A DNA stretch of 64,000 nucleotides, taken from assembly GCA_000002435.2 (NCBI GenBank), contig CM018789.1; one strand, given 5' to 3'. This document shows, piece after piece, positions 1-8,989 of the stretch. Source of the stretch: Giardia intestinalis. Taxonomy: Eukaryota. The stretch's first letter is position 1. Every line of letters starts with the position of its first letter. The notes under the pieces are model-generated. The model searched no databases. It was not told the DNA's origin and saw only the letters and a list, made by a program, of their open reading frames with translations. Made by a program: the position numbers and the translations under genes.

Positions 1-66
1 ACCATCCACAATAAGATACATCGGTTCTACACATCATCTGACGTTCCATCGATATCCCTCAACGAT

Positions 67-1119
67 ATGTCAGCACTGAGGCCTCTGTTTTACTTTCCTG
101 TGGATGTTAGTCTTGCTGATCTGTCCATGTATGCTATTTCAGCCTATGCACTGGATATCAAAGGCAGCTCTGATAAGATTATGACAGTAAGGCATATTTC
201 CACCTCGCTACGAGGGGGAAAACTATCAAAAACCAAAAGTTCCACATTTCTCGAAGAACTGCGGAATGCATTCAACTGCGATCTTCAAAGGCTGAATGAA
301 TATCCGCTTCAGGCCCGTGTAAGCCTCCCAGCCATGGGCGAATTTGACGTCACACCCTGTGCATTATCTCCCGTTATTAATGCTAATGATGACGACATTG
401 ATCGTGCTGAGCGTGTGCTAGTCTTGCGAGAGATTGCACTAAATGCTCTCCTAGCGTGTTCCACCGATGAAGGAGCGCTGCGAACAGCAGAGAAACAATA
501 TGATAAAGAGGCAATCCAGTATATCAACCTCTGTCTGCGAGCAGGCTTGATTCCAAGGGCGTGTGCTGCTCTGCAATTGCTTAGAACCAGAGGGGCAATA
601 GAAATGGGCTTACAGCTATTCAGCATCGTTGGAGAAACACAATTTGTTGATGCTATCTCGATGAAGCTGGACGACGTGTTTGGACAGGCTCAGGGTAACG
701 AGGAAACGCAACTTGTACGAAACACAGAGATCCTGCCATCTGGGGTTAGTCCATTTTCAACCAGCTCCCTATGGGCCATAAAAAGTGATTGCTTGAGCGC
801 AGGGACTCTATTTGCCCAGGTAAAGAGAGATACCCTGGAGAAGCAGTACAAGCTCATGATTGCTGAGATGAATGAGCAGCTCGCTATTCTAAAGACGCGC
901 ACCAGAACAGTTGAGGTAGATAAACTTACAGGGAATGGGCTAACCGTTCTGGATGAACATCCCGATAAGCATGCTATACTAGCAGACGTTAAAGAATCTC
1001 AAGAAGCAACCTTACAGGTAAAGGAGTCGTCATCCTATGCACCAAAGTCACGATCCATTATGGCAACAACCACTTCCCCAACAAAAAGCCTTGCATCTAT
1101 CTTTCAAAAAAATAAATAA
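67..1119 (+). CDS. hypothetical protein (350 aa); no recognisable domain
   Basis: Uninterrupted ORF with ATG at 67-69. Its stop overlaps the next gene's ATG by 1 nt (TAATGG at 1117-1121), the compact arrangement typical of Giardia. No motif recognised. Confidence 0.55.
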   Translation: MSALRPLFYFPVDVSLADLSMYAISAYALDIKGSSDKIMTVRHISTSLRGGKLSKTKSSTFLEELRNAFNCDLQRLNEYPLQARVSLPAMGEFDVTPCALSPVINANDDDIDRAERVLVLREIALNALLACSTDEGALRTAEKQYDKEAIQYINLCLRAGLIPRACAALQLLRTRGAIEMGLQLFSIVGETQFVDAISMKLDDVFGQAQGNEETQLVRNTEILPSGVSPFSTSSLWAIKSDCLSAGTLFAQVKRDTLEKQYKLMIAEMNEQLAILKTRTRTVEVDKLTGNGLTVLDEHPDKHAILADVKESQEATLQVKESSSYAPKSRSIMATTTSPTKSLASIFQKNK

Positions 1120-3341
1120 TGGAGCTGCGACTGGGCGTGGAGCATGAGCATCTTGTAGACGGTCAGGACGATTTAGAGAACTTGGTGATAGATGACGTCC
1201 TCAGCTCAGCTTCATCTGGCTTACAGTCCGCTCGTTCTGAACGTCCATACTCTTTTATCAGAAACAATCCTGGGGACTCTCAGGAAAAGCATGGTATAGG
1301 TGTCTTCTTAACTTCAAGTGACGAAGTAACCAGAACAATGGACGATGTCTTACAAAAGGACAATCGGCTATCTGCATCTAGATACACCCAAAAGACTCTA
1401 GTCTCTCCTGAATTAGTGACAATACCTAGCACTTGTGGAGATGCATATCATCTCTCTGACGACGAGCAGAAGAGTTTCGATGGCATTGGGAGTAAGATTG
1501 GGCTGGTTGAATCAAAGACTATAGATTCCCCACCGATAGAGAACCAGATGCTATCGGAGTCTGCATTGGATCCCAAACAGCTAGATTATTGCCCCGAACA
1601 GTCTCGCAAAAATATAGCAAATCTTCAAGAAAGACTGGCAGACTTTAAAGAGAAGCACCCGGAAGCTGCGGAGTTGGCACAGGAGGCTCGGGATAGCGAG
1701 CGTGTCCTTGAGCTTCTGACCAATGCTACCACTGACGAGCCATCGTTTCTAGCCGAGCTTTCTGCGCTACAAGAAGTGCAAGAACTGTGGCGCACAACGC
1801 GGCCAGAACTATATCGGCTCGTTTTGAAGTACGGTGCTGTGCGAGAACAGATAAGACTCCTTATGAAGGCCGATAGAAACAAGGACTACCAGGACACCCT
1901 CATGAGTGATTTACTTGATGCTAAGAAGACTCTTGCCGACCTTAAAGCCACGCATCCCGATGTTTATGAATTAATTGCTGACACAGCCCTAGTGCAATCG
2001 CAAATTGCATCTATTAGTAGAGCAATGTCTCATAAGGGGCACTTGAGCGATAGACTGACGTGTCTCAGAGCCAGCCTCCATAAGCTGCAAGCAGATAATC
2101 AGGAGATTTTTGCCCAGCAGGCAGAGCTTCGACAATTAGAGGACGATATTAGAGACCTGCAAGAATTCTCAGACAATCGTGCTAAGTTCAATGCTTATAA
2201 ATCTAGCGTTCTGGCTGCATATGAAGCTCTTCAGTTGGAGCACCCTGACCTTGTGGCGTCATTCTTAGACCTAAAGCAACTAAAGCATGAACTAGATACT
2301 ATTAAGAGAGTCAAAGATGGCCTTATTAATATTGAGGGTGAGGTCCACGATGCACGGCAGCAGCTGAAGCAATTTAGGGAATCCAATTTGGAATTAGTTT
2401 CCCTTCTCGAAGAAAAGAAGCGCATAGAGGAAGACATAACAGAGATCCGAAATGGCATACAGAATATAACGCAGATTGCAGATGTGCTGCGCTCTTTGCA
2501 GGATATCTATGAGAACATCAAGGCAGAAAACCCAGAGCTTGTTGAGCTGCTAGACAGACGAAGAGCACTGAAGGATAAAGTTGTGCAGCTTCGAACCTCT
2601 ATCAAGAACCAGAAGTACCTAGAGGACGAGGTCGCTGACATGCAGCATCTTTTAGACGAGCTAAGTCGCAAGCATCCTGATGTTCTACTATTACTCGATA
2701 GAAAGAAAGAGCTGCAGGCAGCTTTAGAGTCTTTGAAATTATATGCTACCAACGTCTCTGTTTTGGAGCGAGATATTGAGACGAAAACACGCACATATGT
2801 TGAGTTATGCAGCATCTTTCCAGATATCAAAGAAAGGATACTGAAACGCAAGTACATAGAAGAAGACATTGCTCTTTTTAAGAGCTTTTCTAAAGACCCT
2901 GCACGCCTGGCCAGAGACACCCTCGCCCTCAGTAATGCATACGAGCAGTGCAGAGCCATGTCTCCTGTCATAACATCCATGTTAGACACCCGGACCTCTC
3001 TCGTTGACTTGGTATCTGAAAGCGCTCAATGCAATGAATTGGGGCTGCGCAACTTGCGAGAAGCGCACTCTGATGAGTTGTACGATTCTATCTCAGCACC
3101 CCCTCCAGAACCGCTGCCTTCAGAACGGGGTAGGAGGGCGCCGGAGTCCAGACAGCAGCAGCAGCAGCCCAGGCCTCCTGAGTATGGACAGGAGTTTACA
3201 GAAAGCGGCATAGCGGACCGCATTTTAAACGTCGATTTGCCCAACATGATGTGTAACTTCTTCGGGATATCAACGCCACAAACAAAGAAGGGGCAAAAAT
3301 TGAAGACAGTTAGCTCTCCATTAAGAAGAACTATTTCTTAG
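1119..3341 (+). CDS. coiled-coil protein with periodic K-x-x-HP(D/E)-x-x-EL repeats (740 aa); C-terminal poly-Q
   Basis: Long ORF with heptad-rich sequence. The motif recurs as KHPEAAELAQEA, THPDVYELIADT, EHPDLVASFLDLK, ENPELVELLDRRR, KHPDVLLLLDRKK and FPDIKERILKRK, spaced roughly 145/290 nt-equivalents (about 48/97 aa). A CAG x5 tract sits at 3155-3172. Confidence 0.7.
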   Translation: MELRLGVEHEHLVDGQDDLENLVIDDVLSSASSGLQSARSERPYSFIRNNPGDSQEKHGIGVFLTSSDEVTRTMDDVLQKDNRLSASRYTQKTLVSPELVTIPSTCGDAYHLSDDEQKSFDGIGSKIGLVESKTIDSPPIENQMLSESALDPKQLDYCPEQSRKNIANLQERLADFKEKHPEAAELAQEARDSERVLELLTNATTDEPSFLAELSALQEVQELWRTTRPELYRLVLKYGAVREQIRLLMKADRNKDYQDTLMSDLLDAKKTLADLKATHPDVYELIADTALVQSQIASISRAMSHKGHLSDRLTCLRASLHKLQADNQEIFAQQAELRQLEDDIRDLQEFSDNRAKFNAYKSSVLAAYEALQLEHPDLVASFLDLKQLKHELDTIKRVKDGLINIEGEVHDARQQLKQFRESNLELVSLLEEKKRIEEDITEIRNGIQNITQIADVLRSLQDIYENIKAENPELVELLDRRRALKDKVVQLRTSIKNQKYLEDEVADMQHLLDELSRKHPDVLLLLDRKKELQAALESLKLYATNVSVLERDIETKTRTYVELCSIFPDIKERILKRKYIEEDIALFKSFSKDPARLARDTLALSNAYEQCRAMSPVITSMLDTRTSLVDLVSESAQCNELGLRNLREAHSDELYDSISAPPPEPLPSERGRRAPESRQQQQQPRPPEYGQEFTESGIADRILNVDLPNMMCNFFGISTPQTKKGQKLKTVSSPLRRTIS

Positions 3342-3369
3342 ACAAAGTGCTATGTGGATGGTCACAATA

Positions 3370-4350
3370 TTAAGGGGACTTTGACGAAGCACGTGCACAT
3401 TTCACCGTTTGAACCTGCCATGCTTCCCGCACTGCCTCATAAATCTCCTTCACATTACACACATAGTCACAACCAAACACAATGTCGTGCCCGCACATAT
3501 CATGCCGTATTAGGATGCTTATCAGCCTGCAAGTAGCAGCCCCTGGAAGACAGGTCAAGTGGACATTGGCAACGGCTTGCTTCGAAGAATCGGCCTTGCA
3601 TATCCCCTCGTACAGAGTTTGTATTCGCATCAGTGCTAGTGAATTAAAGGGGGCATGGTTAGCTATACGTTTGTAGAGTTGCTCTTGGTCCTGAAACAGA
3701 TCTGCTGTGCTCGTTCGATAGTAGAAATGCTGAAGTACGAGGTTGTCTTTTCTATGCAGCTGTGCATGCCTCTGTGCACGCTGATAGGAGTTTATGGTAC
3801 TCTCATCTATCCAATCAGGAAGGCCAGGCTGGTTGAACGTTTCATTTACGAAAGTCTCGATAGCATCCTTGTCTAGTATGCAGCCTCTCGCTGAGGGATC
3901 CATTTTCATACTCCACAGCTCCTCTGTGTCGCGTGTCGGGGCTGCTACCATTCTATAGGAGAGGTGCGGATGCATTTGGTGAGTCCCCAGCTGGCTAACC
4001 GTGGCTACATACTCAACACTGGAATTAGTCGTCATAGATATCCCACTCTCCATCGTGTATAGCATGTTCCTACCGTCTATTGTCAGATTAATCATTAGTT
4101 CGTTAAGGTAAGATTGTAGTGCCCCTGTTTGCAATAGGTGTCTGTGACTAAATGTTTCACGAGTATCATTATACAGCGGGACATATACACATTCTAGCAC
4201 CGAGCCGTCGAGATCCTCTAGGTGTACGTGAGGAGCTGTATCGGGTATGGCCAGGAGCTCTTGCAATTCAACAATGGAGTATTCTGGGCCTGGCTTCAAG
4301 CAGCTAAGTGTTACATAGAGTAACAATACATGTAGAATCCCACAGACCAT
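3370..4350 (-). CDS. hypothetical protein with hydrophobic N-terminus (possible signal peptide), 326 aa
   Basis: ORF with ATG (cat at 4348-4350). N-terminal MVCGILHVLLLYVTLSCL is signal-peptide-like. No catalytic motif recognised. Confidence 0.55.
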   Translation of the reverse strand: MVCGILHVLLLYVTLSCLKPGPEYSIVELQELLAIPDTAPHVHLEDLDGSVLECVYVPLYNDTRETFSHRHLLQTGALQSYLNELMINLTIDGRNMLYTMESGISMTTNSSVEYVATVSQLGTHQMHPHLSYRMVAAPTRDTEELWSMKMDPSARGCILDKDAIETFVNETFNQPGLPDWIDESTINSYQRAQRHAQLHRKDNLVLQHFYYRTSTADLFQDQEQLYKRIANHAPFNSLALMRIQTLYEGICKADSSKQAVANVHLTCLPGAATCRLISILIRHDMCGHDIVFGCDYVCNVKEIYEAVREAWQVQTVKCARASSKSP

Positions 4351-4519
4351 GGCGAGGCGGCCACAAGAAGCAAGAATAGAAGCAAGGATAGAAGTAAGGA
4401 TTTAGGATGGAAATCAGTCAATGATCTGTGGCAAACGCAATTGTATTTTCACTTTTCATGACTAATTACACATGTTATTTCAAAACTGAAATACAAGAGT
4501 GCAGCGAGGTAAAAATATT

Positions 4520-5554
4520 ATGGCGGCGGCATCCACGGCCAAGATAGTGATCATTGGTAGCTACAATCGGGACCTGGTATGGTATGTCAAAGACTTTCCT
4601 ATTGGAGGTCAGACGATCAATGGGAGCTTTGCGTCTTCCCACGGAGGTAAAGGGTCCAACCAGGCCATAGCCTGCGGAAAGGTTCTTCGTGATCCATCCA
4701 GGGCCTTCTTTGTGGGTGCGGTTGGCAAGGACACTTTTGGGGACGAGATTCTGGCTCATTATAGGGAGCTTGGCATCCCCAACTGCATCAAGCAGGTGTC
4801 CGGGGCACCCACCGGTAATGCAGGGATCTATGTTGCGGAGTCAGGAGAAAACATGATAGTCATCTCTGAGGGTGCTAATGGGATGCTAAAGCCAAGCCTG
4901 GTGCCGGATTTGATGGCTGTGTTGGTGAAAGCCACACTTGTAGTCATGCAGTGCGAAATTTCTCCAGACAATACACTCTTGTTTGTCGAGGTCATCAAGC
5001 AGGCTAAGGCACAGAATAGTAGTCTTCGATTTGTGTTCAACCCAGCACCGTATAGAGCTGACTATGACTTCAGCAAGATCCTTTCCATCACGGACATCTT
5101 CTGTCCTAATGAGCTGGAGGCGCTTGAGATATCTGGTACAGGCAGACTTGAAGGGATTTGCGACGATTCTATGATGAAGGCTCTTGTGGAGAAGATGTCT
5201 AGTCTTTCGCCTTCTCTCAAGTTCGTTCTTTTCACGCTGGGTAGCAGGGGGTCTCGCATAGTGCAGACAAAAAGCTATGAGTCTCGGACTGTTGGGATAT
5301 ACTCCCACGGGAGGGCGATTGACACATCAGGAGCTGGAGACTGCTTTATTGGCAGCTTTTGTGTGCGTCTTATGGAACTGGCCGAGGAGTCTACTCGTGG
5401 ACCATCTGCACTTAATGACATCGACACTATTGCAGAGGCTGCGCGCTTTGCAAGTGTTGCGGCAGGCATCTCTGTAACCCGCAAGGGTACCTCTGCGTCG
5501 GTTCCCAGGCGTCAAGAAGTGGATGATGCCCTGTCTAAATTTTCTGGTAAATAA
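4520..5554 (+). CDS. ribokinase (pfkB carbohydrate kinase family)
   Basis: N-terminal IVIIGSYNRD...GGKGSNQAIA matches the ribokinase GG-x-GANQA motif. C-terminal DTSGAGDCFIGSF matches the pfkB DTxGAGD signature. The ORF track start at 4499 is GTG, so the start was moved to ATG 4520, which is preceded by AT-rich GGTAAAAATATT. Confidence 0.85.
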   Translation: MAAASTAKIVIIGSYNRDLVWYVKDFPIGGQTINGSFASSHGGKGSNQAIACGKVLRDPSRAFFVGAVGKDTFGDEILAHYRELGIPNCIKQVSGAPTGNAGIYVAESGENMIVISEGANGMLKPSLVPDLMAVLVKATLVVMQCEISPDNTLLFVEVIKQAKAQNSSLRFVFNPAPYRADYDFSKILSITDIFCPNELEALEISGTGRLEGICDDSMMKALVEKMSSLSPSLKFVLFTLGSRGSRIVQTKSYESRTVGIYSHGRAIDTSGAGDCFIGSFCVRLMELAEESTRGPSALNDIDTIAEAARFASVAAGISVTRKGTSASVPRRQEVDDALSKFSGK

Positions 5555-5572
5555 AAGATTGATTTAAGCAAA

Positions 5573-6364
5573 ATGACTGTGTGTGTTGCTCAGGCGGAGC
5601 GTGGTGCGTCAGAGCTGGAGTCTAAGGCAATGGTGAAGAAAAGCAACGATGCTGCGTTACTAGTTGCCCACCGTATCGCGGAAGTTGTCCGCAGCAAGCC
5701 GAATTGCGTTCTGGGCCTGGCGACCGGATCGACCCCCATCCCCGTCTACCAGGAGCTCGCCCGTCTCCACCGCGAGGAGGGCCTGGACTTCTCGCAGGTC
5801 AGGACGTTCAACCTGGACGAGTATGCAGGGCTTCCTCCCACGCACGACCAGAGCTACCGCTTCTTCATGGAGGAGCACCTCTTCAGCAAGGTCAATATAA
5901 AGCCGGAGAATGTACACTTCTTGAGCGGACTGGCAATACGGGCTGAGGATGAATGCATAAGATATGAAAATGCGCTCCAAACAATTGGCCCCTGCGACGT
6001 CTGGCTTCTGGGGATCGGGCACAACGGTCACATCGCCTTCAACGAGCCGGGGTCCCCGAGAGACAGCAGGACGCGCGTCGTCTGCCTGACCCAGAGCACG
6101 ATCGACGCCAACGCGCGCTTCTTCGGAAACGACAAGTCGAAGGTCCCGACCAAGGCCCTCTCTGTGGGGATAGCAACCATCATGGAGAGCCGCGAGATCC
6201 TTCTTCTCGCCACCGGTGAGAGCAAGTGTGAGGCTGTGACAAAGGCCATAGTTGGGGAGCCAACAAATGCTGTTCCTGCCTCGCTGCTTCAAAGACATCC
6301 TCGCTGTTGCTTTTATGTCGATGAGGCCGCAGGTGCGGAAGTCGCCGAGACCGTTACAGAATAA
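5573..6364 (+). CDS. glucosamine-6-phosphate deaminase/isomerase (NagB/GNP family)
   Basis: Strong family match: LGLATGSTP, FNLDEYAGLP, LLGIGHNGHIAFNEPGS and LLLATGESKCEAV. Length 263 aa. ATG 5573 follows AT-rich TTTAAGCAAA; an alternative start is ATG 5627 (MVKKSN...). Confidence 0.9.
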   Translation: MTVCVAQAERGASELESKAMVKKSNDAALLVAHRIAEVVRSKPNCVLGLATGSTPIPVYQELARLHREEGLDFSQVRTFNLDEYAGLPPTHDQSYRFFMEEHLFSKVNIKPENVHFLSGLAIRAEDECIRYENALQTIGPCDVWLLGIGHNGHIAFNEPGSPRDSRTRVVCLTQSTIDANARFFGNDKSKVPTKALSVGIATIMESREILLLATGESKCEAVTKAIVGEPTNAVPASLLQRHPRCCFYVDEAAGAEVAETVTE

Positions 6365-6396
6365 ATTGTAAAGTAAAAAACACCTGGGGCTGAACC

Positions 6397-7950
6397 ATGC
6401 GGTGCTCCTGCGACGTCCGGGTTGTCTTTGCCGTAATTGGTTTCCTTCTCTTCGGCGGGATCACCACAATCGCGCAGAATGACTACCTCACTTACACAAC
6501 GACAAATTTCCCGGGAAAGGAGGGAGTAGTCACTGAGTTCGCTTATCCCTGGTTCGGGAACTTTCTGATGTTTTTTGCAATGAGCCTGGTAGGCATTGGG
6601 TGGGCATACCAAGCGGCAAAGGCGCGGAAGGACAAGCGCCTGTATGGAGGCGTTCCCGATCACAATAACGAGTACTCTACGGAGAATGCACGTGATTTAG
6701 ATTCTTCTACTGATGATGCATCAGATGTTCTAGAGAGCTTCCGCCCGTCAAAGCCCGTGCAGCGCCTTTCCTGTCGTCAGCGCTTTATGCAAAACGCTTG
6801 GGGAGTCCTCATAATTAGTTCAGTGTTTGATCTCCTAGCAAGCGGGCTAGGTTCTGTTGGGCTTAGCTCTATCTGTAACGTACCACCCTCCGTCTATCAA
6901 ATGCTCCAGGGCGCCATCATTATATTCACTGCCCTCCTTTCGCGCTGCTTCCTCAAACGCAAAACGACTGCTCAACAAAATCTTGCCATCTTCATATGTA
7001 TTTTGGGGCTAGTGATTATAGCAGTGGCTTCATACCTAGCAGACCTTTACTTCCCAGACATCCAACCGCCAGCTCCGCAGGATCCGCAGGTCCAGAATTA
7101 TATGCATCTTTATGATATACGCGCCATAGAGTACAAGCGAACACTTGCTAGTGCTGCTCTGCGCTTTGTTATGAAGCCACACGAGCGTAGGCAGCACGGG
7201 ATCCACACATATTTAGCTACGGCAGAATACAGGGATGGACAGGTACTCACCACCAGTCTGCCCAAGTTCCTGGACTGCGTTCTAGCTGCTGCTCCTCTCA
7301 CTACCGAGACTGAGAGTGACAAGACTAACAGCACCATGCTGGTCGTTGGAATAGTACTAATCTTAATCAGCCAACTTATCTACGCCGGCCAATTTGTCGT
7401 TGAAGAATATACCATGTCAAGAATAGATGCCTTTCCATCCCAAGTCGTGTGCATAGAAGGCATATACGGATTTATTATCAGTATTGGGCTTGTATTTCCC
7501 GTTCTTATGGCACTCAAGATTGAAAATGACTTCGATGCCTTTCTATTCATTAAATCAGAGCCTAACATTTTAGTTCCCATGAGCATATTCTTTATTACAG
7601 TGGCGTTGTACAACGGATTTGGGCAGACGATAACCAAATTGATATCAGCGAATCATCGGACAATCCTCGAGGGTTTGCGTGGACTGGTGGTATGGATTTT
7701 TGCCCTTATTGAGCGCGGCATATTTGGGGCCCCATGGGGAGAGGGCATCTACGGCTGGACAAGTGCGATAGAGGCAGTTGGCTTTGTTGTTCTCCTCGTC
7801 GGATCAATGGTTTATTATTCTATTATAAAGTGCAATTGCTTTAAGGGTTCACGGACGGAAACAACCAACAAGTTTGCTGCCATAATGGAGGAGACGTCAG
7901 CTGCGCCCTATGAGGTGTTCTGCTCTGAAACCGTTTCTTCGTCTGCATGA
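6397..7950 (+). CDS. multi-pass membrane protein, possible drug/metabolite-transporter-like (SLC35F/NIPA-like) carrier
   Basis: 517-aa ORF with at least 8 hydrophobic helices: an N-terminal signal/TM, VLIISSVFDLLASGLGSVGL, IIIFTALLSRCFL and LAIFICILGLVIIAVAS. The last four are VVGIVLILISQLIYAG, IYGFIISIGLVFPVLMAL, ILVPMSIFFITVALY and GFVVLLVGSMVYY. Functional call is tentative. Confidence 0.6.
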   Translation: MRCSCDVRVVFAVIGFLLFGGITTIAQNDYLTYTTTNFPGKEGVVTEFAYPWFGNFLMFFAMSLVGIGWAYQAAKARKDKRLYGGVPDHNNEYSTENARDLDSSTDDASDVLESFRPSKPVQRLSCRQRFMQNAWGVLIISSVFDLLASGLGSVGLSSICNVPPSVYQMLQGAIIIFTALLSRCFLKRKTTAQQNLAIFICILGLVIIAVASYLADLYFPDIQPPAPQDPQVQNYMHLYDIRAIEYKRTLASAALRFVMKPHERRQHGIHTYLATAEYRDGQVLTTSLPKFLDCVLAAAPLTTETESDKTNSTMLVVGIVLILISQLIYAGQFVVEEYTMSRIDAFPSQVVCIEGIYGFIISIGLVFPVLMALKIENDFDAFLFIKSEPNILVPMSIFFITVALYNGFGQTITKLISANHRTILEGLRGLVVWIFALIERGIFGAPWGEGIYGWTSAIEAVGFVVLLVGSMVYYSIIKCNCFKGSRTETTNKFAAIMEETSAAPYEVFCSETVSSSA

Positions 7951-7970
7951 GCAGATGTTAGCATTGTAGT

Positions 7971-8792
7971 CTATTCTGTCTGTAAGTCTATGCGAGGTAA
8001 TCTGTGTCCGGAGTCCGCGCTTATATTGTAGTAAACAATGTTGTGCCGCAATTCGTTCAGTTGCAGTGTTTGTTCCTTGACGATGAGCTGCCACTGCTCC
8101 CGGAAGGTCTTCAACTGGGCAGAAATTGCTGCGTGCTGTTCGAGTAGATGCTGTCTCCGACACCTGTTTGTATCGGGGATAGCTAATAGTGCCTGTTCTG
8201 CCTGAATAAGCTCGGTCTCTGCAACGCCGATCTTATGCTGAAGAAGCCTCAGCTCTCCAGCAATCAGGTTGACCCTCTTCATAGGCAAGGTGTGCATGGC
8301 AGACCCATCATCCATCAGCTGTGTTGGTTTAGGGATCAGAGGGTAGGATGTGGGTGCCGGTGGCTCACTTTCAGGAATGGGTGGGGATGATGAGGCCAAT
8401 GCCAAACTACGATCAATCGAGTGGAGCAACTTAGAAGCCTCGACAACAGAGCTAGTGACATGTTTGTCAAACGTTTCCTGGGCCAGGGAGGAGGTGTCTG
8501 GGGTGCACTTTGTGAGAGATGTCAGTTGACTAAGAGCTTGGGAAATGAGTTCTAGTTGAGCTTCGTCCGAAGTGCTAGTCGAACTATCATCAGCATAGAT
8601 CGGTGGTTCAAGAGACGCTAGCCGAAGGTCTGGCGGAGATGAGGACTTCTGCACAGGGGACGGATCGATCTGTGAAAAGGCTCCAGAAGGCTGTAGTTTG
8701 TCTTTTGCAAAATCAAAGGAAGCATCAAGATCGCAATCAAACCCCTGCGCTCTGAACCAGGACAATGACCACGGGGTCTTGTCCTCTGTCAT
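7971..8792 (-). CDS. hypothetical protein (273 aa) with short coiled-coil, Ser/Pro-rich C-terminal half
   Basis: ORF with ATG (cat 8790-8792); low-complexity; no domain recognised. Confidence 0.5.
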   Translation of the reverse strand: MTEDKTPWSLSWFRAQGFDCDLDASFDFAKDKLQPSGAFSQIDPSPVQKSSSPPDLRLASLEPPIYADDSSTSTSDEAQLELISQALSQLTSLTKCTPDTSSLAQETFDKHVTSSVVEASKLLHSIDRSLALASSSPPIPESEPPAPTSYPLIPKPTQLMDDGSAMHTLPMKRVNLIAGELRLLQHKIGVAETELIQAEQALLAIPDTNRCRRQHLLEQHAAISAQLKTFREQWQLIVKEQTLQLNELRHNIVYYNISADSGHRLPRIDLQTE

Positions 8793-8989
8793 GAAGCGTT
8801 ATAGATTTTGAAGATGTCAAAACGCGCCTGAGCTTTGGCTTGTTAAGCGAGGATTATAGGCTAAATCGATATCTAATACTCATCATCACAGTACACCTAA
8901 CCATTCTTTAAGAACCTTTGAGAGTCGAACATCAATCCAATTTACATCTGTAGGGAAACCTCGCTATAGAGGACATGCATCATAAGATG

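Noticed and set aside
3155-3172. CAG-repeat (poly-Q) tracts at 3155-3172 and about 59405-59425 as microsatellites of interest
   Set aside because: Only 5-6 units, in-frame within coding sequence. Unremarkable.
5660-6298. 212-codon antisense ORF inside the GlcN6P deaminase gene
   Set aside because: GC-rich third positions of the sense gene generate long antisense ORFs. The product is Arg/Ala/Gly-rich low complexity with no start context.
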